This document shows positions 58,607 to 64,000 of a stretch of DNA of 64,000 nucleotides, one piece after another. The notes below the pieces were generated by a model that was not told the origin of the DNA, searched no databases, and saw only the letters and a program-made list of their open reading frames with translations. Both the position numbers and the translations under genes were made by a program. Each line of letters opens with the position of its first letter. Positions within the stretch are counted from its first letter, which is position 1. Source of the DNA: Chloropicon primus (Eukaryota); the NCBI GenBank assembly GCA_023205875.1, contig CP060769.1, positions 310,001 to 374,000 of the forward strand, in the 5' to 3' direction.

Positions 58607-59024
58607 TCTGACTTCCAAAGTCAAGCAAACCAATCAGCCTCTTGGCTTGGTCACCCTCCAGGCGTTCTGACTTCCTATGACAATGCGACGGTTCGACGCC
58701 GAGGACAGCACGGAACATCTCTCTCTCTCTCTCTCTCTCTTTCGTTTTTATTTCCTCTTGTGACGGACTCTCTTGAACTCCTACTTCAGGGTGAGTGGCA
58801 GTGGCTTCCCGACGTTGGTGGCGGTGGAAGGACCCAGGGGGAAGCATCCCTGATTCCTTCCTCTTCCTCTTCCTCTTCCTCTTTCGTTTGTTCCCACCCA
58901 GGGCCTCCCTTGGAGTGAAAGAAACTTGGACTGACCTGTGTGCTGCTGCTGCTGCTGTTGCTGTTGCTTTGGCCAAGGCCGTGGAGCAAGGAGAGGGGTT
59001 GTGAGTGCGAGGCGGGCTTGAGAC

Positions 59025-59717
59025 ATGTCCAACAAGATTGTTATTGCCACCGTGGTGGCCTTGGTCGCCTTGGCAGCAGGTGCAGGCGCGACGAGTACGC
59101 CTCCTCCAGTGATGCCGACGCAGTACATGGTACAGAGGAACAAGACGGAGTGTGGTGACAATTGCGGCGGGTATGCGGCCACTTTCATCTTCGATGAAGT
59201 CGCGAAGAGAAAGCTCGAGATCATTCACCCGGATGACACGATTACTGTGCCTCAGTACACTTTGACGTGCGGAGACTTGGGTTTGGTCTTCGAGTGGACC
59301 GGGGATGGCTCAACAGACTGCCAGACCACCGCAGAGAGCAAGCAGTTTCCCTTCCACGGGGAATGGGACTGGCTGAAGCTGAACTCGAGCGGCACTCATG
59401 AGGTGCCACCGGGCGATTGCCCCCCACAGAACCCTCAAGGCCACAGCGATGGTTCGCAGTGCTTGTCTTGGGAAGGGTCTTGGGAAGGGGAAGTCACCGC
59501 CCTCGCTCAGTTGTTCATCAAGGAGGGGGAGAAGCTTCCGATTCAACACCAAATGACTTGCAGCATTTTGCCTTTCATGCTATTCTACACGTATGCCGAC
59601 TGGAAGGTCGGGCCCCCTCCTTCGCACTGGCTGCAGCCTCCCAAGGCGTGCCCGACCACGCCCTCGACGGCGGCGACCAAGGAAGCCTTGCTAAACGCTT
59701 GGGTGAAGACGCACTGA
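59025..59717 (+). CDS. Secreted protein, ependymin-related (EPDR/LolA-fold)-like
   Basis: Signal peptide; PPVMPTQY start; spaced Cys; terminal Y..WKVGPPPSHWLQPPKAC pattern. Confidence 0.55.
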   Translation: MSNKIVIATVVALVALAAGAGATSTPPPVMPTQYMVQRNKTECGDNCGGYAATFIFDEVAKRKLEIIHPDDTITVPQYTLTCGDLGLVFEWTGDGSTDCQTTAESKQFPFHGEWDWLKLNSSGTHEVPPGDCPPQNPQGHSDGSQCLSWEGSWEGEVTALAQLFIKEGEKLPIQHQMTCSILPFMLFYTYADWKVGPPPSHWLQPPKACPTTPSTAATKEALLNAWVKTH

Positions 59718-60060
59718 TGATGCTGGCGCTTCACGAAGTCATAGCCCGAGCCACCTCAGGCCTGGAACGAATTATAATAAAATCACTTTACGCCGCAACT
59801 GTCCTCCGAACACCGCCTCCCGTCTCCTCGGTGGTGCTGCGTGTTCAAGCTCACCTCAACCAGAGAGACAAAGAGGGAGAGGGAGAGAGAGGTGAGGCGT
59901 TTCTTGCTGCTGTTGACGCTGCTCTTGCTGCTGCTGATGCCCCTTCCTCATTGCTTCCTCCTCCTCCTCCTCCCATCCTTCAGCAGGTCGAGTTTGCGAT
60001 CGAGGAGATCGAGGAGATCTTGAGGCTGAGAGAGGATCTTACGTTATCCAGAATGAAACC

Positions 60061-61815
60061 ATGGAGGTGGCGCGTCCTTGGCGGCCTCGCGCCATGGCGA
60101 CCACGACCACGAGGACGAGGGCGAAGCCTTTGCGAGTGGAAGCAAAGAGGGAGACCATCACATCCAATGCAAGGCGAAAGTATGGAGACAAAGTCTTCGA
60201 ACCCGCATCATCAACAACATCAACGTCATCATCATCTTCATCCTCAACGAAACCCGATGTTGTTGTGATTGGGTCGGGGATAGGCGGACTGTGTTGCGGT
60301 GCCCTCGCGGCGAGGTATGGGATGTCTGTCACCGTTCTGGAGTCTCACGATGTGCCCGGTGGTGCAGCTCACGCTTGGGTCAAGGAAGGGTATCACTTCG
60401 AGAGCGGACCTTCGCTCTATTCGGGGATGACGGGAAGGAGCTCGACGAATCCTCTGGCGCAGGTCTTCTCCGCGCTGGAGATCGACTTGCCTTGCTACAA
60501 GTACAAGAACTGGATGTGCCACCTTCCGGAGGGCAGCTTCCTGACTCAAGTGGGAGCCAAGCAGTTCTTTGACATTTTGAGGCAGTACAGCTCGGCTCCT
60601 GACCAGGCGGTGAAGGAGTGGGAGGATCTACAGACGTTCATGGAGCCCCTGGCCCGTGCTTCGGTGGCTCTCCCGCCCGCTTCCTTCAGGCAGGACATCG
60701 GGGCCGTCCTGACGGCCGGAAAGTTCTTGCCCAACGTCATCGGGTCTCTGTCCCCGGAAGCCGTCAAGCTGACGGGGCCCTTCTCGGAGCTCGTCAAAGG
60801 CGTCGTGAAGGACGAGTTCATCGTCAACTGGCTCGACCTCTTGTGCTTCCTCCTGTCTGGTTTGGACGCGAGCGGAACCATTGCCGCGGAGGTCGCCTTC
60901 ATGTTCAACGAGTGGTACCAGCCGAACTGCGAGCTCGACTTCCCTGTCGGGGGGTCGCAGGGGATGGTGGATGCCCTGGTCGACGGGCTGAGGAAGTACG
61001 GCGGCGAGATCAAGCTGGGCGCCCACGTGGAGGAGATCCTGGTGGAGGACGGCAGCGCCAAGGGGGTCAGAGTGAGGTACAGGAACGGAGAGAGGGGCAC
61101 CTTGCTGGCCAAGAAGGCCGTGGTCAGCAATGCCTCTGCGTGGAACACCAAGGAGCTGCTGCCAGTGGACTTGAGGGCGGCGTCCAACTGGAAGGAGGAG
61201 AGGGCAGATTTCGAGTACTGCCCCTCGTTCATGCATTTGCACGCTGGAATCGACGCGAGCAAGCTTCCTCGGACGCCCGAGATGCATCACATTTGGGTGG
61301 GGGACTGGAAGAAGGGCGTGACAAGTCCGCAGAACTGCGTCCTGGTCTCGATAGCGAGCGTCGTGGACCCATCCCTTGCGCCCGAAGGGAAGCACGTCGT
61401 GCACGCCTACACCCCCGGAAACGAGCCTTACGAGCCTTGGGAAGGCCTGGAGAGAGGCAGCGAAGAGTACGAGGCGCTGAAGAGGGAGAGGAGCAAAGTC
61501 CTTTGGGATGCCGTCGGGATGGCCCTTGGGGTGGAGAATCCGGAAGAGCTCTGCGAGGTCTCGATGGTTGGGACACCCCTAACGCACGAGAGGTTCCTGA
61601 GGAGAAAGTTCGGGACTTACGGTCCAGCGCTCAAGGCGGAGGCGGGCCAGACGCTTCCCTTCGTAAAAACTTCCATAGACAATCTCCTTTGTACGGGGGA
61701 CAGCACCTTCCCTGGCATCGGCCTCCCCGCCGTTGCTGCATCTGGAATGCTCGCCGCGAACTCCCTCACTTCGGTAGGAAACCACTTGGACATGCTTCGT
61801 GCGATCGGACTGTAA
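60061..61815 (+). CDS. Carotenoid isomerase-like / phytoene dehydrogenase family FAD protein, plastid-targeted
   Basis: VVVIGSGIGGL, ESHDVPGGAAH, GYHFESGPSL, SFMHLH, GTPLTHERFL..GTYGP, GDSTFPGIGLPAVAASG. Confidence 0.88.
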   Translation: MEVARPWRPRAMATTTTRTRAKPLRVEAKRETITSNARRKYGDKVFEPASSTTSTSSSSSSSTKPDVVVIGSGIGGLCCGALAARYGMSVTVLESHDVPGGAAHAWVKEGYHFESGPSLYSGMTGRSSTNPLAQVFSALEIDLPCYKYKNWMCHLPEGSFLTQVGAKQFFDILRQYSSAPDQAVKEWEDLQTFMEPLARASVALPPASFRQDIGAVLTAGKFLPNVIGSLSPEAVKLTGPFSELVKGVVKDEFIVNWLDLLCFLLSGLDASGTIAAEVAFMFNEWYQPNCELDFPVGGSQGMVDALVDGLRKYGGEIKLGAHVEEILVEDGSAKGVRVRYRNGERGTLLAKKAVVSNASAWNTKELLPVDLRAASNWKEERADFEYCPSFMHLHAGIDASKLPRTPEMHHIWVGDWKKGVTSPQNCVLVSIASVVDPSLAPEGKHVVHAYTPGNEPYEPWEGLERGSEEYEALKRERSKVLWDAVGMALGVENPEELCEVSMVGTPLTHERFLRRKFGTYGPALKAEAGQTLPFVKTSIDNLLCTGDSTFPGIGLPAVAASGMLAANSLTSVGNHLDMLRAIGL

Positions 61816-61879
61816 ATAGCTGTAGAACACACAAAAATAATCGTATCATTAAATAAATCACTTTTCTTTGCCTCGTTTG

Positions 61880-62419
61880 TCACTGAACCTGCAACTCGTA
61901 GTCCTGCCATTCGTTTCCCCCGAAGGTGTGGGTGCCCCTCTTCGCGAGGCCCATCTTCAGCAGAAAGGTTATCATCGGCTCGTTGCTTGGCAGCGTGCTC
62001 GCGATCAGCTTCAAGATGCCTTGGGACCTCAACTCCTTCTTGAGATACTCCAACGAAGCCTGGTACGCTTCCAGGCAAAGGCCTCGCCTCTGATGTGGTT
62101 TCCGTATCACCACACCCCACTCCGCCTCCCCGGACTTGTACTCGATCGTCCGAAACCCAGAAGTCCCGACCAACTCCCCCGTCTCCCGGTCGACCAGGTC
62201 GAGAAACATGCTCCGCCCCTCTTGATACTCCAGGCGGTGGAAGTTCCTTCGCTTCTTCATGGCTTCGGGCTTCATGGGGCACAAGAATGGCAACCAAGGG
62301 AGCATCGTGGACTCGTCGTTATACAATTCCAAGACTTGCTCGTCCCTAACCTCCTCCGGTGGCAGCATTACCAGCCGCGGGGTGTTCAAGGCAAACCCCT
62401 CTTTCGTTGCCCCAGCCAT
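61880..62419 (-). CDS. GNAT acetyltransferase, RimJ/RimL-like
   Basis: TPRLVM, LVGTSGF, AEWGVVI..HQRRGL, T.PSN.PM..FL.KMG. Confidence 0.85.
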   Translation of the reverse strand: MAGATKEGFALNTPRLVMLPPEEVRDEQVLELYNDESTMLPWLPFLCPMKPEAMKKRRNFHRLEYQEGRSMFLDLVDRETGELVGTSGFRTIEYKSGEAEWGVVIRKPHQRRGLCLEAYQASLEYLKKELRSQGILKLIASTLPSNEPMITFLLKMGLAKRGTHTFGGNEWQDYELQVQ

Positions 62420-62468
62420 ACTGCAAACGCTTCCCGGGACCCCGACCAGCGATTGGCACCAATGCCAA

Positions 62469-62818
62469 CAAACCTTCGTTCCTTTTCGTAATCTCCACCA
62501 AACGGACCGATGCCGGGGTCCACAGAAAGATACGAGTCTCCTTCGTCCAGCTATACCTCCTTAGTCCCCTTCCCTTCCCCCCTCCCTCCGCGATTCTCCC
62601 TCCAAACTCCCTCCTCCGCCTCTTCTCCTCCACTTTCTCGTCCAGTCAAACCTTCGTTCCTTTTCGTAATCTCCACCAAATGGACCGATGCCGGGGTCCA
62701 CAGAAAGATACGAGTCTCCTTCGTCCAGCTATACCTCCCTCGTCCCCTTCCCTTCCCCCCTACATCCGCAATTCTCCCTCCAAACTCCCTCCTCCGCCTC
62801 TTCTCCTCCACTTTCTCA
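62469..62818. repeat. Tandem duplication, 178-bp unit, 2 near-identical copies
   Basis: CAAACCTTCGTTCCTTTTCGTAATCTCCACCAAA...CTCCTCCACTTTCTC at 62469 and 62647. Confidence 0.92.
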
Positions 62819-62859
62819 CTCCCAGGGACAAGCGGAGAAGCAGAGCGTTACTCGATGCG

Positions 62860-63208
62860 ATGAGTCGCCGGAGTTTGAGCAGTGACCTTGAGGTGGAGGG
62901 GTTCCTGGAGCGGGAGTTCTTGGAGAAGAGGATCGGACCACCGGTAGCGACGAGCGGCAGGACGCATGCTCATCCCTCGTTGGACAACCAGATCCGTTCT
63001 CCTGTGAGTTTGCGAAGCTGCTCTTTCGGAAAGGAAGCCAAGGAGGCTGTCCGAGCACTCTGTGACAGAAAGAATAAGGACAACATGACGGGAAGGAAAG
63101 GAACTACGGCTAGAAACGTCACGGCATGCGAAGAGAAAACACCCACAGAGGTAAAGAATCCACTTCTTTTGTCCAGTTTCCTTGAGATGCTCGGCATGTA
63201 CTGACCAG

Positions 63209-63243
<35 letters not shown>

Positions 63244-64000
63244 TGTGTGTCATGCTGGTCTGATAGCTCAACGTGAGTCCGTTGGTGAACTTGGGAAGCA
63301 GGTCGTATAGAACGGATCCAAAGCAGGTGATAAGGGCGCTTGCATCGAGGTCGGAGTGCACGGATGACGAGACCACGAGCCCGACGGGCAGCACCAGCGC
63401 GAGTCCCCGGACCACGGCGAGGAAGCACTTTGTCTTCAAAGGCAAAGGAGGGAAGAAGAAGGGGGAGAGGGGGAAGAAGAGGAAGAGCAACAGGAACAGC
63501 ATCGAAGTTGCCCTTTCCACCACGCCGAACAAAAAGCGACCAGCCGGCGAAAGCGAAGGGGAGGAGAACGACTGGGACCGCGCCGAGGAGATGCGAGGGG
63601 CACCTCCGCGAGGGGAGTCCTCGCTCCTGGGCGCGATGTTTTCGCTGGCAGCGCTGGCAGGAATGGTGGCGCTTGCTCTCAACCAGGACGCTGGCTTTCT
63701 GAAGCATCTCTCCAGCGCCAACCAAGTCTCCCCAACGCACTCGGCCTCAAACGACCTTTGCGCAGTATCCGATATTGATTGGGTGAGCATGAGAGGGCAC
63801 TTGGAGCCCGTGGCGTCTGCCCTCCTGGGGCAAGCCTACAACTTGTTCCAGGAGCTTCTGCTGCCGCAAACCATCTCGATGCTCCTTCTCTACGCTCTTT
63901 GGTAAGTGAACCACGGCAACCACAACCAAATAATCGGTAACGGCCAGAGCTTTGATTGACAACTCTTTCTCTTTCCTCCAGGAATCTGTGTTGCTTCAAG
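62860..64000 (+). CDS. Hypothetical membrane protein, 3'-partial; exons 62860-63150, 63267-63901, 63982-end
   Basis: GT..AG introns keep frame (PTE|LNVSP; LYAL-W|NLCCFK); basic NLS-like stretch and hydrophobic segments. Confidence 0.55.

Overview
Compact, gene-dense eukaryotic nuclear DNA from a photosynthetic green alga. The evidence is Lhcb4/CP29, a CRTISO-like gene, short GT-AG introns and (GA)n-rich intergenic DNA; a Chloropicon-like picoalga is an inference only. About 29 protein genes: CUL4 (5'-partial), GAD/CSAD-type decarboxylase, V-ATPase A, ARF, RAD51C-like, LysM protein, eIF3f, CCZ1, enolase with an N-terminal D/D-like extension, CP29, CFAP54, UAP56, an F-box-like/PPCPW-ankyrin protein, RNA Pol I largest subunit, exportin-5/HASTY, NTMT1, PCF11-like, SIMPL, ALMT/FUSC-like, ependymin-like, CRTISO-like, GNAT and several hypotheticals. 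There is also an intron-containing tRNA-Gln(UUG). Three signals stand out. (1) A strand-oriented upstream motif (gene-sense roughly GTCTCGCGAGCTTTCGATCGGTACC) recurs in front of many unrelated genes and is the shared core of two otherwise different tandem arrays. (2) At least seven independent intergenic tandem duplications have periods of 170-211 bp, about one nucleosome repeat. (3) A chimeric gene next to the tRNA joins an ankyrin-family upstream region and N-terminus to a compositionally foreign F-box/XPA-C-like ORF, with a broken ankyrin remnant downstream. All family assignments come from motif recognition by eye, not database searches.
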